Origin: Schmidtea nova
Taxonomy: Eukaryota
Direction of reading: 5' to 3'
NCBI GenBank assembly: GCA_044892505.1
Contig: CM097883.1
Location: 122,202,001 to 122,266,000 of the forward strand
Length of the DNA: 64,000 nucleotides
The notes below the pieces were generated by a model that worked only from the letters and a program-made list of their open reading frames with translations, was not told where the DNA came from and ran no database searches. Positions 7,766 through 21,353 of this stretch are shown here, in pieces. The position numbers and the translations under genes are program-made. Numbering within the stretch: the first letter of the stretch is position 1; every line of letters begins with the position of its first letter.

Positions 7766-10700
7766 TTGAAATTTGAGAGATTTGGATATAAATCTCTAAA
7801 TTGGCATTCTGTACCGAAAAAATCAAAATCCAACCGATACACAAGTGTCGGACAATCAATAGGATTATTGTGTATAAATTTTTCTAATACGAGAAACAAA
7901 AACGGACAAGATTAATGTTGATGTCATAAAATTTATTTAGGAAAAAAGTTGCCTTCGGTGAGAATTGAACTCACGACCCCTGGTTTACTAGACCAGTGCT
8001 CTAACCACTGAGCTACGAAGGCTTGAAATTTGAGAGATTTGGATATAAATCTCTAAATTGGCATTCTGTACCGAAAAAATCAAAATCCAACCGATACACA
8101 AGTGTCGGACAATCAATAGGATTATTGTGTATAAATTTTTCTAATACGAGAAACAAAAACGGACAAGATTAATGTTGATGTCATAAAATTTATTTAGGAA
8201 AAAAGTTGCCTTCGGTGAGAATTGAACTCACGACCCCTGGTTTACTAGACCAGTGCTCTAACCACTGAGCTACGAAGGCTTGAAATTTGAGAGATTTGGA
8301 TATAAATCTCTAAATTGGCATTCTGTACCGAAAAAATCAAAATCCAACCGATACACAAGTGTCGGACAATCAATAGGATTATTGTGTATAAATTTTTCTA
8401 ATACGAGAAACAAAAACGGACAAGATTAATGTTGATGTCATAAAATTTATTTAGGAAAAAAGTTGCCTTCGGTGAGAATTGAACTCACGACCCCTGGTTT
8501 ACTAGACCAGTGCTCTAACCACTGAGCTACGAAGGCTTGAAATTTGAGAGATTTGGATATAAATCTCTAAATTGGCATTCTGTACCGAAAAAATCAAAAT
8601 CCAACCGATACACAAGTGTCGGACAATCAATAGGATTATTGTGTATAAATTTTTCTAATACGAGAAACAAAACGGACAAGATTAATGTTGATGTCATAAA
8701 ATTTATTTAGGAAAAAAGTTGCCTTCGGTGAGAATTGAACTCACGACCCCTGGTTTACTAGACCAGTGCTCTAACCACTGAGCTACGAAGGCTTGAAATT
8801 TGAGAGATTTGGATATAAATCTCTAAATTGGCATTCTGTACCGAAAAAATCAAAATCCAACCGATACACAAGTGTCGGACAATCAATAGGATTATTGTGT
8901 ATAAATTTTTCTAATACGAGAAACAAAAACGGACAAGATTAATGTTGATGTCATAAAATTTATTTAGGAAAAAAGTTGCCTTCGGTGAGAATTGAACTCA
9001 CGACCCCTGGTTTACTAGACCAGTGCTCTAACCACTGAGCTACGAAGGCTTGAAATTTGAGAGATTTGGATATAAATCTCTAAATTGGCATTCTGTACCG
9101 AAAAAATCAAAATCCAACCGATACACAAGTGTCGGACAATCAATAGGATTATTGTGTATAAATTTTTCTAATACGAGAAACAAAAACGGACAAGATTAAT
9201 GTTGATGTCATAAAATTTATTTAGGAAAAAAGTTGCCTTCGGTGAGAATTGAACTCACGACCCCTGGTTTACTAGACCAGTGCTCTAACCACTGAGCTAC
9301 GAAGGCTTGAAATTTGAGAGATTTGGATATAAATCTCTAAATTGGCATTCTGTACCGAAAAAATCAAAATCCAACCGATACACAAGTGTCGGACAATCAA
9401 TAGGATTATTGTGTATAAATTTTTCTAATACGAGAAACAAAAACGGACAAGATTAATGTTGATGTCATAAAATTTATTTAGGAAAAAAGTTGCCTTCGGT
9501 GAGAATTGAACTCACGACCCCTGGTTTACTAGACCAGTGCTCTAACCACTGAGCTACGAAGGCTTGAAATTTGAGAGATTTGGATATAAATCTCTAAATT
9601 GGCATTCTGTACCGAAAAAATCAAAATCCAACCGATACACAAGTGTCGGACAATCAATAGGATTATTGTGTATAAATTTTTCTAATACGAGAAACAAAAA
9701 CGGACAAGATTAATGTTGATGTCATAAAATTTATTTAGGAAAAAAGTTGCCTTCGGTGAGAATTGAACTCACGACCCCTGGTTTACTAGACCAGTGCTCT
9801 AACCACTGAGCTACGAAGGCTTGAAATTTGAGAGATTTGGATATAAATCTCTAAATTGGCATTCTGTACCGAAAAAATCAAAATCCAACCGATACACAAG
9901 TGTCGGACAATCAATAGGATTATTGTGTATAAATTTTTCTAATACGAGAAACAAAAACGGACAAGATTAATGTTGATGTCATAAAATTTATTTAGGAAAA
10001 AAGTTGCCTTCGGTGAGAATTGAACTCACGACCCCTGGTTTACTAGACCAGTGCTCTAACCACTGAGCTACGAAGGCTTGAAATTTGAGAGATTTGGATA
10101 TAAATCTCTAAATTGGCATTCTGTACCGAAAAAATCAAAATCCAACCGATACACAAGTGTCGGACAATCAATAGGATTATTGTGTATAAATTTTTCTAAT
10201 ACGAGAAACAAAAACGGACAAGATTAATGTTGATGTCATAAAATTTATTTAGGAAAAAAGTTGCCTTCGGTGAGAATTGAACTCACGACCCCTGGTTTAC
10301 TAGACCAGTGCTCTAACCACTGAGCTACGAAGGCTTGAAATTTGAGAGATTTGGATATAAATCTCTAAATTGGCATTCTGTACCGAAAAAATCAAAATCC
10401 AACCGATACACAAGTGTCGGACAATCAATAGGATTATTGTGTATAAATTTTTCTAATACGAGAAACAAAACGGACAAGATTAATGTTGATGTCATAAAAT
10501 TTATTTAGGAAAAAAGTTGCCTTCGGTGAGAATTGAACTCACGACCCCTGGTTTACTAGACCAGTGCTCTAACCACTGAGCTACGAAGGCTTGAAATTTG
10601 AGAGATTTGGATATAAATCTCTAAATTGGCATTCTGTACCGAAAAAATCAAAATCCAACCGATACACAAGTGTCGGACAATCAATAGGATTATTGTGTAT

Positions 10701-13700
10701 AAATTTTTCTAATACGAGAAACAAAAACGGACAAGATTAATGTTGATGTCATAAAATTTATTTAGGAAAAAAGTTGCCTTCGGTGAGAATTGAACTCACG
10801 ACCCCTGGTTTACTAGACCAGTGCTCTAACCACTGAGCTACGAAGGCTTGAAATTTGAGAGATTTGGATATAAATCTCTAAATTGGCATTCTGTACCGAA
10901 AAAATCAAAATCCAACCGATACACAAGTGTCGGACAATCAATAGGATTATTGTGTATAAATTTTTCTAATACGAGAAACAAAAACGGACAAGATTAATGT
11001 TGATGTCATAAAATTTATTTAGGAAAAAAGTTGCCTTCGGTGAGAATTGAACTCACGACCCCTGGTTTACTAGACCAGTGCTCTAACCACTGAGCTACGA
11101 AGGCTTGAAATTTGAGAGATTTGGATATAAATCTCTAAATTGGCATTCTGTACCGAAAAAATCAAAATCCAACCGATACACAAGTGTCGGACAATCAATA
11201 GGATTATTGTGTATAAATTTTTCTAATACGAGAAACAAAAACGGACAAGATTAATGTTGATGTCATAAAATTTATTTAGGAAAAAAGTTGCCTTCGGTGA
11301 GAATTGAACTCACGACCCCTGGTTTACTAGACCAGTGCTCTAACCACTGAGCTACGAAGGCTTGAAATTTGAGAGATTTGGATATAAATCTCTAAATTGG
11401 CATTCTGTACCGAAAAAATCAAAATCCAACCGATACACAAGTGTCGGACAATCAATAGGATTATTGTGTATAAATTTTTCTAATACGAGAAACAAAAACG
11501 GACAAGATTAATGTTGATGTCATAAAATTTATTTAGGAAAAAAGTTGCCTTCGGTGAGAATTGAACTCACGACCCCTGGTTTACTAGACCAGTGCTCTAA
11601 CCACTGAGCTACGAAGGCTTGAAATTTGAGAGATTTGGATATAAATCTCTAAATTGGCATTCTGTACCGAAAAAATCAAAATCCAACCGATACACAAGTG
11701 TCGGACAATCAATAGGATTATTGTGTATAAATTTTTCTAATACGAGAAACAAAAACGGACAAGATTAATGTTGATGTCATAAAATTTATTTAGGAAAAAA
11801 GTTGCCTTCGGTGAGAATTGAACTCACGACCCCTGGTTTACTAGACCAGTGCTCTAACCACTGAGCTACGAAGGCTTGAAATTTGAGAGATTTGGATATA
11901 AATCTCTAAATTGGCATTCTGTACCGAAAAAATCAAAATCCAACCGATACACAAGTGTCGGACAATCAATAGGATTATTGTGTATAAATTTTTCTAATAC
12001 GAGAAACAAAAACGGACAAGATTAATGTTGATGTCATAAAATTTATTTAGGAAAAAAGTTGCCTTCGGTGAGAATTGAACTCACGACCCCTGGTTTACTA
12101 GACCAGTGCTCTAACCACTGAGCTACGAAGGCTTGAAATTTGAGAGATTTGGATATAAATCTCTAAATTGGCATTCTGTACCGAAAAAATCAAAATCCAA
12201 CCGATACACAAGTGTCGGACAATCAATAGGATTATTGTGTATAAATTTTTCTAATACGAGAAACAAAAACGGACAAGATTAATGTTGATGTCATAAAATT
12301 TATTTAGGAAAAAAGTTGCCTTCGGTGAGAATTGAACTCACGACCCCTGGTTTACTAGACCAGTGCTCTAACCACTGAGCTACGAAGGCTTGAAATTTGA
12401 GAGATTTGGATATAAATCTCTAAATTGGCATTCTGTACCGAAAAAATCAAAATCCAACCGATACACAAGTGTCGGACAATCAATAGGATTATTGTGTATA
12501 AATTTTTCTAATACGAGAAACAAAAACGGACAAGATTAATGTTGATGTCATAAAATTTATTTAGGAAAAAAGTTGCCTTCGGTGAGAATTGAACTCACGA
12601 CCCCTGGTTTACTAGACCAGTGCTCTAACCACTGAGCTACGAAGGCTTGAAATTTGAGAGATTTGGATATAAATCTCTAAATTGGCATTCTGTACCGAAA
12701 AAATCAAAATCCAACCGATACACAAGTGTCGGACAATCAATAGGATTATTGTGTATAAATTTTTCTAATACGAGAAACAAAAACGGACAAGATTAATGTT
12801 GATGTCATAAAATTTATTTAGGAAAAAAGTTGCCTTCGGTGAGAATTGAACTCACGACCCCTGGTTTACTAGACCAGTGCTCTAACCACTGAGCTACGAA
12901 GGCTTGAAATTTGAGAGATTTGGATATAAATCTCTAAATTGGCATTCTGTACCGAAAAAATCAAAATCCAACCGATACACAAGTGTCGGACAATCAATAG
13001 GATTATTGTGTATAAATTTTTCTAATACGAGAAACAAAAACGGACAAGATTAATGTTGATGTCATAAAATTTATTTAGGAAAAAAGTTGCCTTCGGTGAG
13101 AATTGAACTCACGACCCCTGGTTTACTAGACCAGTGCTCTAACCACTGAGCTACGAAGGCTTGAAATTTGAGAGATTTGGATATAAATCTCTAAATTGGC
13201 ATTCTGTACCGAAAAAATCAAAATCCAACCGATACACAAGTGTCGGACAATCAATAGGATTATTGTGTATAAATTTTTCTAATACGAGAAACAAAAACGG
13301 ACAAGATTAATGTTGATGTCATAAAATTTATTTAGGAAAAAAGTTGCCTTCGGTGAGAATTGAACTCACGACCCCTGGTTTACTAGACCAGTGCTCTAAC
13401 CACTGAGCTACGAAGGCTTGAAATTTGAGAGATTTGGATATAAATCTCTAAATTGGCATTCTGTACCGAAAAAATCAAAATCCAACCGATACACAAGTGT
13501 CGGACAATCAATAGGATTATTGTGTATAAATTTTTCTAATACGAGAAACAAAAACGGACAAGATTAATGTTGATGTCATAAAATTTATTTAGGAAAAAAG
13601 TTGCCTTCGGTGAGAATTGAACTCACGACCCCTGGTTTACTAGACCAGTGCTCTAACCACTGAGCTACGAAGGCTTGAAATTTGAGAGATTTGGATATAA

Positions 13701-14885
13701 ATCTCTAAATTGGCATTCTGTACCGAAAAAATCAAAATCCAACCGATACACAAGTGTCGGACAATCAATAGGATTATTGTGTATAAATTTTTCTAATACG
13801 AGAAACAAAACGGACAAGATTAATGTTGATGTCATAAAATTTATTTAGGAAAAAAGTTGCCTTCGGTGAGAATTGAACTCACGACCCCTGGTTTACTAGA
13901 CCAGTGCTCTAACCACTGAGCTACGAAGGCTTGAAATTTGAGAGATTTGGATATAAATCTCTAAATTGGCATTCTGTACCGAAAAAATCAAAATCCAACC
14001 GATACACAAGTGTCGGACAATCAATAGGATTATTGTGTATAAATTTTTCTAATACGAGAAACAAAAACGGACAAGATTAATGTTGATGTCATAAAATTTA
14101 TTTAGGAAAAAAGTTGCCTTCGGTGAGAATTGAACTCACGACCCCTGGTTTACTAGACCAGTGCTCTAACCACTGAGCTACGAAGGCTTGAAATTTGAGA
14201 GATTTGGATATAAATCTCTAAATTGGCATTCTGTACCGAAAAAATCAAAATCCAACCGATACACAAGTGTCGGACAATCAATAGGATTATTGTGTATAAA
14301 TTTTTCTAATACGAGAAACAAAAACGGACAAGATTAATGTTGATGTCATAAAATTTATTTAGGAAAAAAGTTGCCTTCGGTGAGAATTGAACTCACGACC
14401 CCTGGTTTACTAGACCAGTGCTCTAACCACTGAGCTACGAAGGCTTGAAATTTGAGAGATTTGGATATAAATCTCTAAATTGGCATTCTGTACCGAAAAA
14501 ATCAAAATCCAACCGATACACAAGTGTCGGACAATCAATAGGATTATTGTGTATAAATTTTTCTAATACGAGAAACAAAAACGGACAAGATTAATGTTGA
14601 TGTCATAAAATTTATTTAGGAAAAAAGTTGCCTTCGGTGAGAATTGAACTCACGACCCCTGGTTTACTAGACCAGTGCTCTAACCACTGAGCTACGAAGG
14701 CTTGAAATTTGAGAGATTTGGATATAAATCTCTAAATTGGCATTCTGTACCGAAAAAATCAAAATCCAACCGATACACAAGTGTCGGACAATCAATAGGA
14801 TTATTGTGTATAAATTTTTCTAATACGAGAAACAAAAACGGACAAGATTAATGTTGATGTCATAAAATTTATTTAGGAAAAAAGT

Positions 14886-14958
14886 TGCCTTCAGTGAGAA
14901 TTGAACTCACGACCCCTGGTTTACTAGTCCATTGCTCTAACCACTGAGCTACGAAGGC
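14886..14958 (-). tRNA. TRNAT-AGU: Variant tRNA-Thr(AGT) (C27A, T31A, C66T by sequential count); same allele at 15143-15215 and 17713-17785
   Basis: + strand ttcagtgag and actagtccattg instead of ttcggtgag and actagaccagtg; two anticodon-stem pairs are broken, so it may be non-functional. Confidence 0.75.
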
Positions 14959-15399
14959 TTGAAATTTGAGAGATTTGGATATAAATCTCTAAATTGGCAT
15001 TCTGTACCGAAAAAATCAAAATCCAACCGATACACAAGTGTCGGACAATCAATAGGATTATTGTGTATAAATTTTTCTAATACGAGAAACAAAAACGGAC
15101 AAGATTAATGTTGATGTCATAAAATTTATTTAGGAAAAAAGTTGCCTTCAGTGAGAATTGAACTCACGACCCCTGGTTTACTAGTCCATTGCTCTAACCA
15201 CTGAGCTACGAAGGCTTGAAATTTGAGAGATTTGGATATAAATCTCTAAATTGGCATTCTGTACCGAAAAAATCAAAATCCAACCGATACACAAGTGTCG
15301 GACAATCAATAGGATTATTGTGTATAAATTTTTCTAATACGAGAAACAAAAACGGACAAGATTAATGTTGATGTCATAAAATTTATTTAGGAAAAAAGT

Positions 15400-15472
15400 T
15401 GCCTTCAGTGAGAATTGAACTCACGACCCCTGGTTTACTAGTCCAGTGCTCTAACCACTGAGCTACGAAGGC
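15400..15472 (-). tRNA. TRNAT-AGU: Variant tRNA-Thr(AGT) (T31A, C66T); same allele at 17970-18042
   Basis: + strand ttcagtgag and actagtccagtg. Confidence 0.75.
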
Positions 15473-18400
15473 TTGAAATTTGAGAGATTTGGATATAAAT
15501 CTCTAAATTGGCATTCTGTACCGAAAAAATCAAAATCCAACCGATACACAAGTGTCGGACAATCAATAGGATTATTGTGTATAAATTTTTCTAATACGAG
15601 AAACAAAAACGGACAAGATTAATGTTGATGTCATAAAATTTATTTAGGAAAAAAGTTGCCTTCGGTGAGAATTGAACTCACGACCCCTGGTTTACTAGAC
15701 CAGTGCTCTAACCACTGAGCTACGAAGGCTTGAAATTTGAGAGATTTGGATATAAATCTCTAAATTGGCATTCTGTACCGAAAAAATCAAAATCCAACCG
15801 ATACACAAGTGTCGGACAATCAATAGGATTATTGTGTATAAATTTTTCTAATACGAGAAACAAAAACGGACAAGATTAATGTTGATGTCATAAAATTTAT
15901 TTAGGAAAAAAGTTGCCTTCGGTGAGAATTGAACTCACGACCCCTGGTTTACTAGACCAGTGCTCTAACCACTGAGCTACGAAGGCTTGAAATTTGAGAG
16001 ATTTGGATATAAATCTCTAAATTGGCATTCTGTACCGAAAAAATCAAAATCCAACCGATACACAAGTGTCGGACAATCAATAGGATTATTGTGTATAAAT
16101 TTTTCTAATACGAGAAACAAAAACGGACAAGATTAATGTTGATGTCATAAAATTTATTTAGGAAAAAAGTTGCCTTCGGTGAGAATTGAACTCACGACCC
16201 CTGGTTTACTAGACCAGTGCTCTAACCACTGAGCTACGAAGGCTTGAAATTTGAGAGATTTGGATATAAATCTCTAAATTGGCATTCTGTACCGAAAAAA
16301 TCAAAATCCAACCGATACACAAGTGTCGGACAATCAATAGGATTATTGTGTATAAATTTTTCTAATACGAGAAACAAAAACGGACAAGATTAATGTTGAT
16401 GTCATAAAATTTATTTAGGAAAAAAGTTGCCTTCGGTGAGAATTGAACTCACGACCCCTGGTTTACTAGACCAGTGCTCTAACCACTGAGCTACGAAGGC
16501 TTGAAATTTGAGTGATTTGGATATAAATCTCTAAATTGGCATTCTGTACCGAAAAAATCAAAATCCAACCGATACACAAGTGTCGGACAATCAATAGGAT
16601 TATTGTGTATAAATTTTTCTAATACGAGAAACAAAAACGGACAAGATTAATGTTGATGTCATAAAATTTATTTAGGAAAAAAGTTGCCTTCGGTGAGAAT
16701 TGAACTCACGACCCCTGGTTTACTAGACCAGTGCTCTAACCACTGAGCTACGAAGGCTTGAAATTTGAGAGATTTGGATATAAATCTCTAAATTGGCATT
16801 CTGTACCGAAAAAATCAAAATCCAACCGATACACAAGTGTCGGACAATCAATAGGATTATTGTGTATAAATTTTTCTAATACGAGAAACAAAAACGGACA
16901 AGATTAATGTTGATGTCATAAAATTTATTTAGGAAAAAAGTTGCCTTCGGTGAGAATTGAACTCACGACCCCTGGTTTACTAGACCAGTGCTCTAACCAC
17001 TGAGCTACGAAGGCTTGAAATTTGAGAGATTTGGATATAAATCTCTAAATTGGCATTCTGTACCGAAAAAATCAAAATCCAACCGATACACAAGTGTCGG
17101 ACAATCAATAGGATTATTGTGTATAAATTTTTCTAATACGAGAAACAAAAACGGACAAGATTAATGTTGATGTCATAAAATTTATTTAGGAAAAAAGTTG
17201 CCTTCGGTGAGAATTGAACTCACGACCCCTGGTTTACTAGACCAGTGCTCTAACCACTGAGCTACGAAGGCTTGAAATTTGAGAGATTTGGATATAAATC
17301 TCTAAATTGGCATTCTGTACCGAAAAAATCAAAATCCAACCGATACACAAGTGTCGGACAATCAATAGGATTATTGTGTATAAATTTTTCTAATACGAGA
17401 AACAAAAACGGACAAGATTAATGTTGATGTCATAAAATTTATTTAGGAAAAAAGTTGCCTTCGGTGAGAATTGAACTCACGACCCCTGGTTTACTAGACC
17501 AGTGCTCTAACCACTGAGCTACGAAGGCTTGAAATTTGAGAGATTTGGATATAAATCTCTAAATTGGCATTCTGTACCGAAAAAATCAAAATCCAACCGA
17601 TACACAAGTGTCGGACAATCAATAGGATTATTGTGTATAAATTTTTCTAATACGAGAAACAAAAACGGACAAGATTAATGTTGATGTCATAAAATTTATT
17701 TAGGAAAAAAGTTGCCTTCAGTGAGAATTGAACTCACGACCCCTGGTTTACTAGTCCATTGCTCTAACCACTGAGCTACGAAGGCTTGAAATTTGAGAGA
17801 TTTGGATATAAATCTCTAAATTGGCATTCTGTACCGAAAAAATCAAAATCCAACCGATACACAAGTGTCGGACAATCAATAGGATTATTGTGTATAAATT
17901 TTTCTAATACGAGAAACAAAAACGGACAAGATTAATGTTGATGTCATAAAATTTATTTAGGAAAAAAGTTGCCTTCAGTGAGAATTGAACTCACGACCCC
18001 TGGTTTACTAGTCCAGTGCTCTAACCACTGAGCTACGAAGGCTTGAAATTTGAGAGATTTGGATATAAATCTCTAAATTGGCATTCTGTACCGAAAAAAT
18101 CAAAATCCAACCGATACACAAGTGTCGGACAATCAATAGGATTATTGTGTATAAATTTTTCTAATACGAGAAACAAAAACGGACAAGATTAATGTTGATG
18201 TCATAAAATTTATTTAGGAAAAAAGTTGCCTTCGGTGAGAATTGAACTCACGACCCCTGGTTTACTAGACCAGTGCTCTAACCACTGAGCTACGAAGGCT
18301 TGAAATTTGAGAGATTTGGATATAAATCTCTAAATTGGCATTCTGTACCGAAAAAATCAAAATCCAACCGATACACAAGTGTCGGACAATCAATAGGATT

Positions 18401-21053
18401 ATTGTGTATAAATTTTTCTAATACGAGAAACAAAAACGGACAAGATTAATGTTGATGTCATAAAATTTATTTAGGAAAAAAGTTGCCTTCGGTGAGAATT
18501 GAACTCACGACCCCTGGTTTACTAGACCAGTGCTCTAACCACTGAGCTACGAAGGCTTGAAATTTGAGAGATTTGGATATAAATCTCTAAATTGGCATTC
18601 TGTACCGAAAAAATCAAAATCCAACCGATACACAAGTGTCGGACAATCAATAGGATTATTGTGTATAAATTTTTCTAATACGAGAAACAAAAACGGACAA
18701 GATTAATGTTGATGTCATAAAATTTATTTAGGAAAAAAGTTGCCTTCGGTGAGAATTGAACTCACGACCCCTGGTTTACTAGACCAGTGCTCTAACCACT
18801 GAGCTACGAAGGCTTGAAATTTGAGAGATTTGGATATAAATCTCTAAATTGGCATTCTGTACCGAAAAAATCAAAATCCAACCGATACACAAGTGTCGGA
18901 CAATCAATAGGATTATTGTGTATAAATTTTTCTAATACGAGAAACAAAAACGGACAAGATTAATGTTGATGTCATAAAATTTATTTAGGAAAAAAGTTGC
19001 CTTCGGTGAGAATTGAACTCACGACCCCTGGTTTACTAGACCAGTGCTCTAACCACTGAGCTACGAAGGCTTGAAATTTGAGTGATTTGGATATAAATCT
19101 CTAAATTGGCATTCTGTACCGAAAAAATCAAAATCCAACCGATACACAAGTGTCGGACAATCAATAGGATTATTGTGTATAAATTTTTCTAATACGAGAA
19201 ACAAAAACGGACAAGATTAATGTTGATGTCATAAAATTTATTTAGGAAAAAAGTTGCCTTCGGTGAGAATTGAACTCACGACCCCTGGTTTACTAGACCA
19301 GTGCTCTAACCACTGAGCTACGAAGGCTTGAAATTTGAGAGATTTGGATATAAATCTCTAAATTGGCATTCTGTACCGAAAAAATCAAAATCCAACCGAT
19401 ACACAAGTGTCGGACAATCAATAGGATTATTGTGTATAAATTTTTCTAATACGAGAAACAAAAACGGACAAGATTAATGTTGATGTCATAAAATTTATTT
19501 AGGAAAAAAGTTGCCTTCGGTGAGAATTGAACTCACGACCCCTGGTTTACTAGACCAGTGCTCTAACCACTGAGCTACGAAGGCTTGAAATTTGAGAGAT
19601 TTGGATATAAATCTCTAAATTGGCATTCTGTACCGAAAAAATCAAAATCCAACCGATACACAAGTGTCGGACAATCAATAGGATTATTGTGTATAAATTT
19701 TTCTAATACGAGAAACAAAAACGGACAAGATTAATGTTGATGTCATAAAATTTATTTAGGAAAAAAGTTGCCTTCGGTGAGAATTGAACTCACGACCCCT
19801 GGTTTACTAGACCAGTGCTCTAACCACTGAGCTACGAAGGCTTGAAATTTGAGAGATTTGGATATAAATCTCTAAATTGGCATTCTGTACCGAAAAAATC
19901 AAAATCCAACCGATACACAAGTGTCGGACAATCAATAGGATTATTGTGTATAAATTTTTCTAATACGAGAAACAAAAACGGACAAGATTAATGTTGATGT
20001 CATAAAATTTATTTAGGAAAAAAGTTGCCTTCGGTGAGAATTGAACTCACGACCCCTGGTTTACTAGACCAGTGCTCTAACCACTGAGCTACGAAGGCTT
20101 GAAATTTGAGAGATTTGGATATAAATCTCTAAATTGGCATTCTGTACCGAAAAAATCAAAATCCAACCGATACACAAGTGTCGGACAATCAATAGGATTA
20201 TTGTGTATAAATTTTTCTAATACGAGAAACAAAAACGGACAAGATTAATGTTGATGTCATAAAATTTATTTAGGAAAAAAGTTGCCTTCGGTGAGAATTG
20301 AACTCACGACCCCTGGTTTACTAGACCAGTGCTCTAACCACTGAGCTACGAAGGCTTGAAATTTGAGAGATTTGGATATAAATCTCTAAATTGGCATTCT
20401 GTACCGAAAAAATCAAAATCCAACCGATACACAAGTGTCGGACAATCAATAGGATTATTGTGTATAAATTTTTCTAATACGAGAAACAAAAACGGACAAG
20501 ATTAATGTTGATGTCATAAAATTTATTTAGGAAAAAAGTTGCCTTCGGTGAGAATTGAACTCACGACCCCTGGTTTACTAGACCAGTGCTCTAACCACTG
20601 AGCTACGAAGGCTTGAAATTTGAGAGATTTGGATATAAATCTCTAAATTGGCATTCTGTACCGAAAAAATCAAAATCCAACCGATACACAAGTGTCGGAC
20701 AATCAATAGGATTATTGTGTATAAATTTTTCTAATACGAGAAACAAAAACGGACAAGATTAATGTTGATGTCATAAAATTTATTTAGGAAAAAAGTTGCC
20801 TTCGGTGAGAATTGAACTCACGACCCCTGGTTTACTAGACCAGTGCTCTAACCACTGAGCTACGAAGGCTTGAAATTTGAGAGATTTGGATATAAATCTC
20901 TAAATTGGCATTCTGTACCGAAAAAATCAAAATCCAACCGATACACAAGTGTCGGACAATCAATAGGATTATTGTGTATAAATTTTTCTAATACGAGAAA
21001 CAAAAACGGACAAGATTAATGTTGATGTCATAAAATTTATTTAGGAAAAAAGT

Positions 21054-21126
21054 TGCCTTCGGTGAGAATTGAACTCACGACCCCTGGTTTACTAGACCAG
21101 TGCTCTAACCACTGAGCTACGAAGGC
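21054..21126 (-). tRNA. TRNAT-AGU: tRNA-Thr(AGT), last full-length copy of the array
   Basis: Identical to 7693-7765. Confidence 0.96.
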
Positions 21127-21310
21127 TTGAAATTTGAGAGATTTGGATATAAATCTCTAAATTGGCATTCTGTACCGAAAAAATCAAAATCCAACCGATA
21201 CACAAGTGTCGGACAATCAATAGGATTATTGTGTATAAATTTTTCTAATACGAGAAACAAAAACGGACAAGATTAATGTTGATGTCATAAAATTTATTTA
21301 GGAAAAAAGT

Positions 21311-21353
21311 TGCCTTCGGTGAGAATTGAACTCACGACCCCTGGTTTACTAGA
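21311..21353 (-). pseudogene. 3' half (nt 31-73) of the tRNA-Thr interrupted by copy 2; 21345-21353 is the TSD
   Basis: cccctgg-tttactaga joined directly to the element 3' end ttaaacatttatt. Confidence 0.93.

Larger units (their letters stand above)
7470..21353 (-). repeat. Tandem array of a 257-bp tRNA-Thr(AGT) unit; 53 full-length genes
   Basis: Period 257 bp (7691 to 7948); first gene starts 7693, last starts 21054; 13361 = 52x257 - 3, matching three 256-bp units (A4 instead of A5 near 8670, 10468, 13808). Confidence 0.96.

Noticed and set aside
7470-21353. CRISPR-like or prokaryotic repeat array
   Set aside because: There are no unique spacers; the whole 257-bp unit repeats and contains a tRNA gene; the context is eukaryotic with no cas genes
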